Of a DNA stretch of 64,000 bases, positions 1 to 14,229 are shown piece after piece. The notes under the pieces were generated by a model that saw nothing but the letters and a program-made list of their open reading frames with translations, ran no database searches and was not told the origin of the DNA. The stretch lies in assembly GCF_009914755.1 (NCBI RefSeq), contig NC_060928.1; one strand, written 5' to 3'. The translations under genes were made by a program, and so were the position numbers. Numbering within the stretch: the stretch's first letter is position 1; the number at the start of each line of letters is the position of its first letter. This stretch comes from the human T2T-CHM13v2.0 reference genome, Homo sapiens.

Positions 1-1623
1 GAAGCATATTGTTTTAGATATAAGGTAATAAAAGCTGAGAAAAGAATTCCTTCAGGAGTGGGATACCTCGTGCTGTATTGATTCAGAATTAAACAAGCAA
101 ACAAAACATGGAAACATTAAAGGAAAATTCAAGATTCAATAAGAACTTGAGAATAAATAAAGTAAAATAACAATTATTTATTTCTCTCTTCCTTCAATTT
201 TCCCTACATATTTTTTGATAGCTAAGCTAGTGGAAAAGTTAGATAGTAGTTATAGCAGGGGACAACAAGAAGACTTTACCTTGAGAAGTACCTGAAATTC
301 TGGAGACACATTCTAAAATTACTAAAAATCAAGCAGGTGAAGGAATGGTACAGGCATACTTCTCCTTGCAGTTATAAAGAAGGAAAAGACCCAGAATGAA
401 AGAATTAAAAAAAATTCTTAATTTATATTAGGAATATAAAATAACAACCTAGGCTTTATTGATTAAAAATTTGATCTAGAGTATCACATTAAAATGTAGA
501 AACTTTTTATTTGGAGAAACAGAGGGTTTTTTAGTTCAAACTTTGTTGGAACAGTATAAAGGGTTATAGAAAAAGCAAATTGTTTCAGTAGTATTTATCA
601 AATTTCTTATTTATAACTGAGTATCCAGAAATAAATAGATGAATAGGTGCTCAACAAGTATTATGCTAATCACAGCAACAAAATGCTAGAGCAACATAGA
701 GAAAGGAGTAAGTAATTCTGTTGGGGTATTAAGGGATAGTATGGGCATAAATGATCTAATTAGAAGGCAAAATTTCCACCACGTGTTGTTATTGGAATAG
801 GATTCTGCCTGATGGAGAACATGGTGTCTGTGTTGGTGTGTGTGTGTCTGTGCTAAAAGAGGGAAGATCAGAGAGGGAAGGAGGTCTGTTTCTTCTTTTC
901 TTCAGAATTAATTGCTTGAATGAAGGAAAGCAAGAGAGTACAACTTGCTTAGTGTTCATCAGACACAGCTGTGAGGCTAATGGATAGGATTTCAGGGTAG
1001 AGGGAGTCAGGAGGTCATACTGAAAGAAGGAGAAATGTGATGAAAAATTAATATGTAATATGACAGAAAATGAAGGTGCAATATGATGTAATATGATAAA
1101 AAATAGTATGCATAAAATTGTAGGATGGTTGAGGAAGGCAAACTGGAAGGCAGGATGACTTGCCAAGAAGTAGGGAGGCATTTCAGTGACTGGAGTGTGG
1201 CTGAGGAGGAAGCTGAGCCTGCAGTGAAGAGCCAGAAAGATTGAAGGTCATGTGAGGTGGAGTCAGAAAGAAGGTAGATGGCCATGTGGGGAGCATAATC
1301 CATGCATGTGCATGTGTGTGTGTGTGCCTACATATGCTGTAGCTAAACTTGCAAAACTGAATGTGACTTGATCTCTTCTTCGAAAGATGGGATGAATCTT
1401 AGAATCTGAAACTTACCTAGGGCAGAATCAAGTCAGCATGCATGGTACTAAATAATTAATCCCACAAAAGCAGACATATGAAGTCATCAGATACAATGTT
1501 GAATTTACCTGCTGAGATTAAATTGTGCTAACATCTGAAACGAGAGACGAGAGGGGTCATGGTTCACTGGAGTTAGGGTTGGTTAGGATTTAAAGTGAAG
1601 TGTACTTTGAGTTTTGTTAAGGA

Positions 1624-2053
1624 ATTTTATTTTTAATTTTTGTAGGTACATAGTAGATGTATATATTTATGGGGTACATGAGATGTTTTGATACAGGTAT
1701 GCAATGTGAAATAAGCACATCTTGGAGAATGGGGTATCCATCCCCTCAACCATTTATCCTTTGAGTTACAATCAATCCAGTCATGATCTTTAAGTTATTT
1801 AAAAATGTACAACTAAGTTATTATTGACTAATCACCTTGTTGTGCTATCAAATAGTAGGTCTTATTCATTTTTTTCTGTTTTTTTTTTTTGGTACCCATT
1901 AACCATTTTCACCTCTCCAAAACCCCTCACTACCCTTCCAAGCCTCTGATAACCATCCTTCTACTATTTATGTCCAGGAGTTCAATTGTTGTGCTTTTTA
2001 GATCCTACAAATAAGTGAGAACATGCAATGTTTGTCCTTCTGTGCCTGACTTA
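1624..2053 (-). mobile_element. L1 3' end fragment (L1MA-like)
   Basis: Antisense L1 3'UTR: tttttgtaggtacatagtagatgtatatatttatggggtacatgagatg...agtgagaacatgcaatgtttgtccttctgtgcctgac. Confidence 0.85.
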
Positions 2054-3855
2054 GCTCTATTCTGAAGACCCAAGTCAGGCAGGAATGCCAGGCTCTGCCT
2101 TCCCTCTTGTTTTTTCTCTCTTTCTGGAAATCATGTAGCCAACAAAAACATTCATAGGAAAATAAAAATAACTTTATTTTATTTCATCCTTTTTTTTTCT
2201 TTAGGTAGTTAAAAATCTTCTAGTCTACCACACACAAGCACACCCCCATCCCCCCCTCCACACGACACGTTCAAGTCTTGTGTTCTGCCTTAGTTAATCT
2301 ATTTCTTTATATTCCTTCCTTTGATATCCAAGAGACACATGATATGTGCATGCAGGGTCACCATGCTGAGTCCCATCAATTGTAGGACACATTACCCCTG
2401 GTGGCACAGTAGTGATTCTCATTCTTATCTTATACATGATAAGTCTAAAGTAGAGGTGAATGTAATAAACCGTCTTAGATAAGAAGTGAAAATGTAAAGT
2501 ATGATAGAGCAGGTAAATGTCGCATTTTTCTACACAAAACCAAGCAAACAATAGACTACTTTTATTACAGACTTTGTTAAGCATTATTCATAACATACTG
2601 AGAAAATGTGGAGGCAATATTGCTTCTTGAACTACGTAATTCATAAAATTAGGTAAAAAATATGTACCACAAAACTCAAACTTCCTAAGGTTTTATTGCC
2701 ACTGTTTGGTTATAATCATTGCTGAAACAGGGAGATAGTGAGCCACAGTGCTCCTCTTGGAACATGTGCTTAGTTCAGGCAATCTGTTAGGGGATCTGTT
2801 TGAATGCTTCTGTCATATTAAAAATTAAATATTGTAGTTGATGCTGTACAAAAGGTTATGATTATATAAGTTCTATATAAAGGCAATATTCTGTTATTGA
2901 GTCTTTCTTAATGTACTGGTTCCTGCAAATATCTGCAGACACTCTCCTAAAGATTTTGAATTTTTAATATTAAAATATATTTTTCATTAAACGACACCAA
3001 TGTAAGATTAAATAGATTTTATCCTGATATTTCTTTGAGTGAAATCACTGCCGTGCATGCAATACTCTGTCTCTAAATAGCCATTCTTAGGAAGTGAATA
3101 AGTGCTCATAGATCATCTGCAAGAGAGAATTAAACAAACATCAAGAGAATTAAAAACTATTTGTAATTTTAAAACAGAAAGTTATAGATGGGCATTTTAT
3201 AAGTATCTTTGAGAGTACATGGATGTTGAAGTTGCACTAATGCTTAAGAGAAATGCTTCAAGAATATATGCTAAACAGATGTACCAAGGTAATGCAAAAG
3301 CCTATTTATTTCCATTTACAGAATAAAAGACCCTCTACTTCTTTATATTGCTGCCAAGGAGGGAAATTTTCCAATTTGTGTCCATGATTAAGCAAATTAC
3401 TGCAAATTAGACACTTCACTGTCAAGCCTACCCGGAAAATACCCATGGCTGGACATCACATTGAAGAGGCACCAGCTTTCTTCTATAATTCCTTTCTATA
3501 GCTTTTATTTGTGAGTTGATAAGAGATGGCCATTAGCATCTTTAAATATTAGCAAAAAGATTATTGAATTCACTATTGCCCTCCAAAAAAGATAGAGCAG
3601 AGCCCCTAAAGAGTGCACTCTCAAAAAGCAGGGCCTAGAATTGGTATATTTTTATTGAATATGCATTTAGGGGACAGAATTGAAAGTGTTAGAGAATTAG
3701 GTGCATCCTAGAGGCACCCTGGGGATAAGCTGGGGAAGCAGATGGTGGCAACATACATACTTATTTCCAATACAGTCTAGTAGACAGAAAACACTTAACT
3801 GGCGTTAAATTGTCTCAGTTGTTGTCCCAATCTAAATGCTTTTATGTGTGTGTAT

Positions 3856-4015
3856 TTTTTTTTTTTCAGAGACAGAGTCTCACTGTGTTCCCCATGCTGG
3901 AATGCAGTGGTGTGATCATAGCTCACTGCAACCTCAAATTCCTGGGCTTAAGTAATCATCCTGCCTTAGCCTCCTGAGTAGCTGGGACTACAGGCATGTA
4001 CCACCAAGCCTGGCT
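3856..4015 (-). mobile_element. Alu monomer (FRAM/AluJ right arm)
   Basis: Poly-T followed by gagacagagtctcactgtg...gcctcctgagtagctgggactacaggcatgtaccacc; single arm only. Confidence 0.85.
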
Positions 4016-4076
4016 ATTAATTCTTATATTCTGAATGTTGTTGAATAATATCCTATCATGTTATAGCATAGAGGTT

Positions 4077-4152
4077 GTATTAGTTAGAGTTCTCCAGGGG
4101 AATAGAACCAACAAGAGATATAGATAGACAGGTAGACAGGTAGGTAGGTAGG

Positions 4153-4204
<52 letters not shown>

Positions 4205-4702
4205 AATAAATAGATAGATAGAAGAGGAGATTTATTATGGGAATTGGCACACACAATTATGGAGCCTGAGAGGTCCCACGGTATGCCATTTGCAAGCTAT
4301 AGATGTAGGAAAGCCAGTGATATAATTAATTCCTAGGCTGAAGGCCTAAGAAGAGGGTTGGTTGGGGTCTGGTGTTGGAGGGTTGGTTGGTGTAAGTCTT
4401 GAAGTCAAAAGGACCAAGGACTGAGACATTCAATGTTCAAAGTCAGGAGAAGATGAAAGTCTGATCCCAATGAGGAAGAGAAAACTTATCCTTCTTGCAC
4501 CTTTTTTGTTCTGCCTGGACACTCAATATGTTGGATGGTGCCTGCCCACATTGGTGAGGGCAAATCTTCCTATCTCAGTTCACTGATTTAAATGTTAATC
4601 TCTTCCAAAAAACACCCCACAGACAAACCCAGAAATAATATTTCACCAGTTACCTGTGCATCTCTTAACCTGGTCAAGTTGACATTGAATTTATCATCAC
4701 AA
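4077..4702 (-). mobile_element. MLT2-family (ERVL) LTR containing a TAGA microsatellite
   Basis: Starts tgtattagttagagttctccagg...agaacc and ends gtcaagttgacattgaatttatcatcaca, typical MLT2 termini. Confidence 0.8.
4119..4221. repeat. Compound (TAGA/CAGG/TAGG)n tetranucleotide STR
   Basis: Direct reading: gacaggtagacaggtaggtaggtaggtagatagatagata... Confidence 0.95.
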
Positions 4703-4711
4703 ATGATTTCA

Positions 4712-5064
<353 letters not shown>

Positions 5065-5501
5065 GTTATATCCAAGGTACGCATAAATAATACCAGCATT
5101 CTAGTGAACAAATACTTTAGCATTACATGAAAAATATTGTCACATAAAAACCAAATGTATATTTTGGAAAAGGGGAAGAGATTGACATTTTTTGAACATT
5201 CACTATGTACAAGGCATTTTACAAAGTTTTTTATTTAAATAATCTTGTTTAGTTCCATCAAGTTCTCTAAGATATTTAAAGAGGTAGTAATTTGCCATTT
5301 TATACAGGTGGATTAATTCCAAAATAATAACAAAAAAATTAAGAGAAAACTCTCTGCAGACAAGAAAATGGTTATTGAAAACATTGAAATGAAAAAAGAT
5401 GGACTGGGAAACATTGTAGATGATTATTTAGCCTAAGGATTGAACTTGGAAGCTTTAAACCTAATGTGCAAATCTTAGTAATTTTAATAATTCACTGATT
5501 C

Positions 5502-7400
5502 GCTTAAGATGCTTTGGGGCTGAGTGGATGGACTTTTCTAGATATAGGATCATGTCATCTGCACACAAGCCAACTTTAGCAAAGTCTCAGTTTACAAAAT
5601 CGATGTGCAGGATCACAAGAATTCTTATACACCAACAATAGACAACCAGAGAGCCAAATTATGAGTGAATTCCTATTCACAATTGCCACAAAGAGAATAA
5701 AATACCTAGGAATACAGCTAACAAGGGAAGCGAAGAACCTCTTCAAGAAGAACTACAAACCACTGCTCAAGGAAATCAGAGAGGACACAAGCAGATGGAA
5801 AAACATTCCATGCTCATATATAGGAAGAATAAATATAGTCAAAATGGCCATAATGCCCAAAGCAATTTAGAGATTGAATATGATTCCCATTTAGCTAATA
5901 TTGATATTCTTCACGGAATTAGAAAAAAAACTATTTTAAAATTTACATGGAACCAAAAAAGAGCTCGTATATCCAAGACAATCCTAAGCAAAAAGACCAA
6001 AGCTGGAGGAGGCATCACGCTACTCTACTTCACACTATACTACACGCCTACAGTAACCAAACACCGTGGTACTGATACAAAAACAGGCACATAGGCCATT
6101 GGAACAGAATAGAGAACTCAGAAATAAAACCGCACATCTACAACCATCTGATCTTGGAAAAACCTGACAAAAAAAAGCAATAGGGAAAGGATGGTGATGG
6201 GAGAACTGGCTAGCCATATGCAGAACATTGAAACCGGATCCCTTCCTTACACATCATACAAAAATTAATTCAAGATGGATTACAGACTTAAATATAAAAC
6301 CCAAGACCATAAAAATCCTAGAAGAAAACCTAGGCAATACCATTCAGGACATAGGCATAAGCAAAGATTTTATGACAAAATCGCCAAAAGCAATTGCAAC
6401 AAAAGCAAACATCTACAAATGGAATCTAATTAAGCGAAAGCACAGCAAAAGAAACTATTATCAGAATGAACAGACAATCTACAGAATGGGAGAAAATTTT
6501 GCAATCTATCCATCTGACAAAGATCTAATATCCAGAATCTACAAGGAACTTAAGCAAATTTACAATTAAAAAAATTAAAAAGTGGGCAAAGGATATGAAT
6601 AGACACTTCTCAAGAAAAGACATACATGCGGCCAACACATATGATAAAAAGATCAACATCACTGATCATTAGAGACATGCAAATCAAAACCACAATGAGA
6701 TACCATCTCATACTGGTCAGAATGGCAATTATTAAAAAGTCAAGAAACAACAGATGTTGTAGAGAAATAGAAATGCTGTCACACCGTTGGTGGGAAAATA
6801 AATTAGTTCAGCCATTGTGGAAGTCAGTGTGGTAATTCCTCAAAGATTTAGAACTGGAAATACATTTGACCCAGCAATGCCATTACTGCATGTATACCAG
6901 AGGAATATAAATTATTCTGTTATAAAGATACATGCAAGCCTATGTCTATTGCAGCACTATTCACAATAGCAAAGACATGGAATCACCCAAATGCCCACCA
7001 ATGATAGACTGGATAAAGAAAATGTGGTACATATACACCATGGAATACTATGCAGCTGTGAAAGGGAACGAGATCATATCCTTTGCAGGGACATGGATAA
7101 AGGTGGAAGCCACTATCCTCAGCAGACTAACAGGATCAGAAAACAAAACCAAACACTGCACATTTTCACTTATAAGTGGGAGCTGATCAATGAGAACACA
7201 TGGACACAGGGAGGGGAATAACACTCATTGGGGCTTGTCAGGAGAGGGTTGGGGAGGAGAGCATTAGGGAAAAGAGCTAAGGCATGCTGTGCTTAATATT
7301 TAGGTGATGGGTTGATAGGTGCTGCAGACCACCATGGCACGTGTTTACCTGTGTAACAAACCTGCACATACTGCACATGTACCCTAGAACTTAAAAAAAA
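5502..7400 (+). mobile_element. 5'-truncated L1PA (approx. PA8-PA13) with short 5' inversion
   Basis: ORF2 C-terminal remnants ([28 protein letters not shown]), L1PA 3'UTR and poly-A at 7393-7402; 5502-5566 is antisense L1 ORF2; degenerate TSD 5489-5501 / 7401-7413. Confidence 0.92.
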
Positions 7401-7609
7401 AATTCACCAATCCATTTTTTTTTTAAGTTTCTCAAATGCATTTGACACAATGGATTTAATCTTTATTTTTTGTGAGGTTTAGGGAAGATTGGAATGGAAT
7501 GCTTGTATTTTGATCTCATTTTCAGAAAGCTTATAGTTGAGCAGGGCACATAGGCCATGTCAAAAATAATAAAAGTTTGAAGCTAATTATTCTGTATTTA
7601 TTGGGTTGC

Positions 7610-8035
7610 TTCCTTTTTGTATTGGAATTATGCATCCACACTCTTTGCCATGTAACTTAGCAACACCTTTTACTATGGGTGTACTTTCCTAATTCATTGA
7701 CTTGGAGATTGGTGAAATGACTTGCATTGGTCAATGAAATGTGAATGGAAGTAACAGTGAGCAAGTTGTCAGCAGAAGCCTCGAAGCATCCTGTGCTTTT
7801 TCATAACTCCTATGATCCATGATCAAACAAGCATTCCACAATAGCTGCTTCAGTCTAGGTCTCAGAATACATTTAGATGAAGGAGACCAGAATGAAGACA
7901 AAGCCTGGAGTCTAGCCTAAACCAGCCAAGCTCAACTTAGATCAATGGATAGGCAGTTGATTTGCACAGCAGGAAGAATATATGTTGTGAGCTACCAAGA
8001 TACTGAGATTATTATTCAGCAAAACATGACTTACA
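7610..8035 (+). mobile_element. Old MaLR LTR (MLT1-like), degraded
   Basis: Motifs tgccatgtaacttagca, gacttgcattggtcaatgaaatgtgaatggaagt and terminal cagcaaaacatgacttaca resemble old MLT1. Confidence 0.5.
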
Positions 8036-8526
8036 TAGTTCTCAAACTCTTTTTAGCAGGTGATGTTTGTTTATATTTTTAAAATTGCAGAATTTTGTAG
8101 CGCTGAGTAAGGAGAATAGATGCATTATATCACAAACTATTTCTCAGTTTTCTTTGAATACTATTCTAATATTTAATTATAAGAATATTGGAATCTTGGA
8201 TTTCTAAATGGTGAGTTGGACATATTCAATGGTGATATTATTAAGTTTTATTTCAAAGCAAAATGTCCATAAAGGAGTGGTTTTTAGAATTTTTTTACTC
8301 AATATGTATTAAAACTGAATAATGTAACTTTTTATATCAAAGATTATAAATCATAATTACTATTACATTATTCTTAAATTATCTCACATTAATGCTACAA
8401 TTTTCGGTGCCATAAATCTTACTAAATCTATGTGCAAAGAACTATAAGGCTCTGTGAGCTTTTTTTCTATCTTGGTAGTACAGTCAGTATTGTACTGCTC
8501 TAAATAATGAGTGTTTTATTTTGGAT

Positions 8527-8698
8527 CAGTGCTTCTCAGCTTTAAGGGCCATATGGCATAAAAACCACCCTGAGATCTTGTCAAAATGTAGATTCTAATT
8601 CAGTAGGTCTGGGATAAAGTCTGAGATTCTGCATTTCTAACAAGTTTCCAGATTATCCTGATGCTTCAAGTCCAAGGAACACTCAGGGAGTAGCAGGG
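8527..8698. mobile_element. MER5A hAT DNA transposon
   Basis: cagtgcttctc...gattctaattcagtaggtctggg...tgagattctgcatttctaacaagtttccag, the MER5A core. Confidence 0.85.
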
Positions 8699-9857
8699 TC
8701 TTGGAATATCACTTAACAAACAAAAACCCCCAAAACATATAGATGAGACAGATGGCATTAAGTGACTATGTATGCATGTGGACTGCACAGAATTAAAGAC
8801 TAATCAAAGGTTTGAGAACATAGCTTTTATCACAGATATATTTAACGAATATTAAATGTAACTACTATTAAACCTACTAATATTAAACATAACTATTATT
8901 ATCTTTTGAGTAAATAAATATGGGATTTTCAGTTAACATTGCTCTTCTTTTGCTGTTATTTAAAAATGGCCAAAGATTCTATATCTATATCTACGTATCA
9001 TCTACATGTATATTTCAAAAATGTAAATGAAATGGTTTTAAATGTTAAAGGTATGTTTAAAATAGTTGGAGATAATAATTTTGCTATGTAAATTCCTAAG
9101 CATGCTTTTTTATGTTTTTGTTTTACTAGAAAATAGTAAAAAAAAAAAAAAGAAGAGAGAATATAGTATAAATAATAATCTTCCTATAGAAGAATAATCA
9201 TGACTAATTTTTTTAACAGGAATTATGATTTTAGTTAGCAGAGGCAAGAAATTTAATGTTTCTCAAAGCCTGATCAAATTAACTTCGTTTTATTCTGGAT
9301 CTTATTGTACTGTATTATTTCTGGAAACAGCCAGTTGTAGCAGCAGTCTTTCCTACCTCTTTCAGTTTCTAGCACATCCTTTGTAATTTCTCCAGGATTT
9401 GGCTTCTTTTTGACCTCAGAAAATTCAGGTTCTCTCCACGTGTTATTTTCATTCATTTCAAACAGAAACATACATCTCTGAACTTCATGTTTTACAAAAC
9501 AAAAACAAAAGCTTTCTTTTCCTTGGACTTTTATAACCCCTCAGATATCATTCTGTATTTTCTTCTTTGATTAAGCTTCACGTAACTATGGCTTTGTTTA
9601 CTGGCTTACTCTCTTTCCCTGCCGTTCATTGGCTCCTCAGCTTGCTGCAATCTGGCTTCCATGCATCTGCATGACTAAAGGTCTAGAATTAGAGGGCACT
9701 TGAATGTTTTATTGATAGTCCAATGGCATTCCAAGTCTTCTTTTTCACATTCTGTTTTATTTTAGGTCATTGCTAACATCTTCCTTTTTGTGATTTACAG
9801 AGACTCAATTAAATTCCAGCTTATTTCCTCCTTCATTGACAGACTTTTCTTTCTTCC

Positions 9858-9899
9858 CCATCCAATCAGTGATGAAGGCCATCCAATCAGTGATGAAGG
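9858..9899. repeat. Perfect 21-bp tandem duplication
   Basis: ccatccaatcagtgatgaagg x2. Confidence 0.95.
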
Positions 9900-10299
9900 C
9901 CTGTCCATTTTCTTTCCTATAAGAAAGCAAAGTATGCACCCTTTCTCAATTCCTAATCTCATGTCCAGTCCCTGCTCCATTCTTTACAATATCGCCGAAG
10001 GCGTCCTTTCTTCAGTTTTGCCCCAGAAAATCAACAGTTCTTCACACTGACAACAAGGCACTGTAAAATTTTCTGGAATATAAATCTCATCATGTGAGTC
10101 CTCTATTTAAAACAATTGCAAGACTACCCATTGCCTATAGTAGAAAATCCAAGCTTTCAAATAGGGTTATATTTTGCTTTTGCTTATCTTTCCAAGCTCA
10201 CTTCTCACTCCTATTCCCTCATACACTCTCCATAAACCATAATAACTTACTTCAGTCTCTATGTACCTAATTGATTTTTTAAAAAATAAATTTCATAGA

Positions 10300-10690
10300 A
10301 AAGAATAATTTATTTTAAAATACAATGGAAAAAGATACTTTAACAGAATCAACAAATGATAAAGCCACTAGGAATAAGCTCAATAAGAAATACATAAGAT
10401 ATATATGAATGGAACTTTAAAATATTAAAGGGACTAAAAAAACTTTTGAAGAAATTCATTTATATAGAGATTCAATATTGTAAATATGTCATTTCTCCTT
10501 AGTCTACAAATTTAAGCATGGTCAAAGGAATATTAAGTCAATAGATTATAAAATTCACATGGAATAATAAACTTCAAGAATGTCAAGGACATTCTAAAAA
10601 GGTTGGCCTATGGGAGATGACAAAAGATTAATTATGGTCAATCATAAAAATAAATCATATGTAAGCCAGGGTATAGTATATAATGAATGA
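10300..10690 (+). mobile_element. Ancient L1M ORF2 fragment
   Basis: Degraded L1 motifs: ttcaatattgtaaatatgtca, taaaattcacatggaataataa. Confidence 0.55.
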
Positions 10691-12792
10691 AGAGGTGCTC
10701 AGTAATTGCATGGCATGATAATTCCTTTATTTTATTACTTTTATGTCTATTAACAAATAGCATTCTCTTGAAAGATTACCTGACCTTATATTTTATGCTT
10801 GTGGAAATTTTAATTGCAGTGACAATACATCACTTTTTGATAGTTACACAGCATCCTACGATATGTCAATTCCTCCTGGCTCCAGCACTACTCAGTTGAG
10901 GCTACGGGTGCTTCTCACCTGCTGCTCCACCCTATTAAGTTTCTCCATTAGTTTTGAGTGCATGTTCTACCTCCTGTAGTGGTGAAATGTAAATTAAATT
11001 TGTTACTGTATACAGTCAGCTAAGGTTGCACATGGGCCTCAAAATACCCAAAGAGCTACCACCTGCCTGGACTGTTCCATTGGTTCTTTCTCTATGTCTG
11101 TGTATCATTCTTAATTCTTCATGAGCATTTGGCTTACTCTATTGTATCTAGGATGGAGGAATAATGGGTTTGATAGTGTCCTTGGTTATTGCAATCTCCC
11201 ATTCCCATGGTAGTCAGACCTTGTCTCTATCACCCACTTGCTGGTTGTCATGTGCTCCAAATAGGGAAGCACATATGGAACTATGAGGCTTCACCTTTCC
11301 CAAATGAGAGACTTGTCAGAGCTTAGGTACTGCTGCCTCCTCTTATAAAACTAAATTCCTAATTTGTTGCCTGTCAAGACCCGCTGCAAGTTACCCAAAC
11401 CAATTTGGTGACCAATTAAGACAGCTTCCTTCACAGTCCTTACTTCAAAGAGATCCCCTGGCTTTGATTGTGTTAGGTGATATCTTGTTCCCCTGGTTGG
11501 TCTCACAAATATATTAACTATGTTTTTCCCCCTCATTTATCTTGCTGCTTTTATGATTCCAGTTCATGCTTCAGAAAAATGAGAAATGGTATGTGATGAC
11601 TTTCTGGGGAGCTCACAAATTTTTCAAACATGGAACATTGAATTTCTGAATGCCTGGGATCTACAAACAGTTCATACATAGAAGTAGGCTAAATAATTAT
11701 GACTATCAGATAAAGCTCCTAGAATTAAAAAAAATGGTCTATGTCATAACTTCAGTTATTCTACTTTTAGAGAAATATGTGTGACCTGAAGATTTTGATG
11801 TTATTCACAGGCCACACTTTAAGGTTTTATTAGCTAATGCCTCATTTAGAAATCAGATGACAGTGACATTCAGCCACTAATGTGTATGAAATGAGGACAG
11901 ACTGTCAAAGAAACTTTGGCAAAGAGTTCTAGAGGCAACCATCAATTATTTGTCTACTTTCCAATGTCATCCAAGAAAACACTAGTTTGTAAGATAAATG
12001 CTAGTAGAAATAAATAAAACAATACATATATTTCTTTAAAATTAGAAGATGATGTTAAAATTAAGGTCCATAGTTTTGTAGTATGTTATATTTGGAAAAG
12101 CATGGATTGAAATGGCAAAGACCAAATCTTTGAGTTATAGTACAAAACCTCTCTTGCTTGAGACTGTTCAGATGAAATATCAGGGAAGACGAAATTTGGC
12201 CTTTCACATCTTTGAAATTGCACCTGAAAAGCAATTCAACTTTAGCACTTTTGTTTCTTCCCAAGAATCTGATAATGGGAGTAGGTTCATTCAAGTTTGG
12301 GTCATGACTTCTACACATTTGATTAGTGGAATATATAATATTTTGTGCTGAATCAAATTGCAAAACCTCTGCTGAATATATTGAAAAATGTGGCTGACCC
12401 ATAATTTGGGATGTGAAATATAATATGTAATTTTTTTGGCTTTGCATCTTAGAATTTTTTGTGACCATCTTCAGAACATGCTTACTTTCTCCTCTAATAT
12501 AGTCTCACTGGTGATGCTTTGCTTTCATTGCAATTTTTGGTCCCATTAATATAATGCTAAATACCTTCCTCTCATTATTCCACAACTTATAGCCCTGATA
12601 AAGTTATGTCTTTAATTTCTTAGTCACCAAGACCCTAACATCAGCTAAAACGTTTTTTATATATGTGTGTGTGTATATATGTGTGTGAGTGTATATATAT
12701 GTGTGTGTATATATACACACACATTTCAATCCACGCTTTTCCAAATATAACATACATGCATGCACACACACACCACACACATATACATACAC

Positions 12793-12970
12793 GCACACCA
12801 CAGACATACATACGCATAAGAAAAAATTTAGTTCCAAACAACATCTCTTCTCTGGTGATTTTATATATATATCTCTCCCATATATATATAATATATATAT
12901 ATAATCACCAGAGAAGAGATGTTGTTTGGAACTAAATTTTTTCTTATGTGTATGTATGTCTGTGGTGTGC
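12793..12970. repeat. Inverted repeat, 68-bp arms (67/68 match), 42-nt AT-rich loop
   Basis: 12793-12860 is the reverse complement of 12903-12970 with one CpG-type mismatch; flanked by TG/CA microsatellite. Confidence 0.95.
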
Positions 12971-14167
12971 ATGTATGTATGTGTGTGGTGTGTGTGTATG
13001 TATGTGTGTGGTGTGTGTGTATGCATGTATGTACATCTGTGGTGTGCGTATGAGAGAGGAGAGAGACAATGAGAAAGAGAGGGCATGTCTGTGAGTTTTC
13101 TTCTCTCCATGTGCTTTCTTTTTCCTACTTATGTTTCTATGAATTCAAAGTAATCAGAGAGTAAGACACTAGGAAATTATGAAACTAGTTATTGTAATAT
13201 GAAGTTTCCACGTAAAGGAGCATTTTCATTTACAGCATAACAAAGAACACTTGGTTATGGGTTGAAGGGATCTCAGAATGTCCTATCTTGTGTAAAAAGC
13301 ATATCCCTTCCTTTTAGAATATGCCTTGTTGTCTAACAAAGAGAAGTAACCCTAGTTTCAAATATTAAGCTTCCTCTAATCAATACAACCTTAATGTGAA
13401 TTAGATCATTAAATCTTTGTCAAAAGAAAAGACAGTTATGGAAGAACCAATTTTGCCTGACAGTAAGAAAGTGGAAAGAAAAGGGTAGAGATTTAAAAGA
13501 AAGACAAGTTAAGCCAAAGAAATAAAAACAAGGAAGTGGAGAGATTTTAAATATATTTTGACCTGTGAAAAGTATCACAATGTTCAACCTCATAAGCCCA
13601 TCATATATCAGGTCAGAGAGTGCCCAGAATTATTATGGTAACTGTTTTCTCCAAGTGAAAACTGAGCAATTTCAGTTCTTCCATAGGAACTGATAAAATG
13701 CTTGATGATGAGTGTTGGTTAAAATTATGTCTATTTATTAGTGGCCATGAAATTTATTGTTCTGTCTTAGGTGATTAAGTGATCTCTTGAATCAAAGGAA
13801 CTAGCTATAAGTGGGTGCTAAATTTTGCTAAGTTTTGGCCAGCTTTTACGATTCCTTAGGAGACAACAAAATTTTAGAAATTGGACACTTTCTCATCATG
13901 CTTTATTCAATAAAATACAAATCTTTAATCAGTTACTTGGACCTCATTGAGTTTTGAGGACCCCTTCACTTCACTTGTGGACTTTGGAAGTCATATGAAC
14001 ATGTTTAAAGGCTGTTAAGGAAATAAAAGTTAATCAGCAGTGTATTCATGGTCTCATACAGTCTGATGTATAATGAAAGCTGAACATTTTTAGGCTCTTT
14101 CAGTTTTCACAATAAGCGCCACACCATTATTTTAAATAAGCCACAGATTTTTAGACTAAAGAATCAT

Positions 14168-14169
<2 letters not shown>

Positions 14170-14229
<60 letters not shown>

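Noticed and set aside
789-1303. 130-aa and 98-aa minus-strand ORFs
   Set aside because: Low-complexity translation of purine-rich, probably ancient repeat-derived DNA; no recognisable domain or splice context.
10900-11560. Moderately GC-richer block without an obvious repeat signature
   Set aside because: No convincing ORF, domain or termini recognised; could be an ancient repeat but cannot be supported by eye.
12604-13110. 168-aa ORF and overlapping His/Thr/Tyr-rich ORFs
   Set aside because: Artefacts of CA/TG/TA microsatellites and the inverted repeat.
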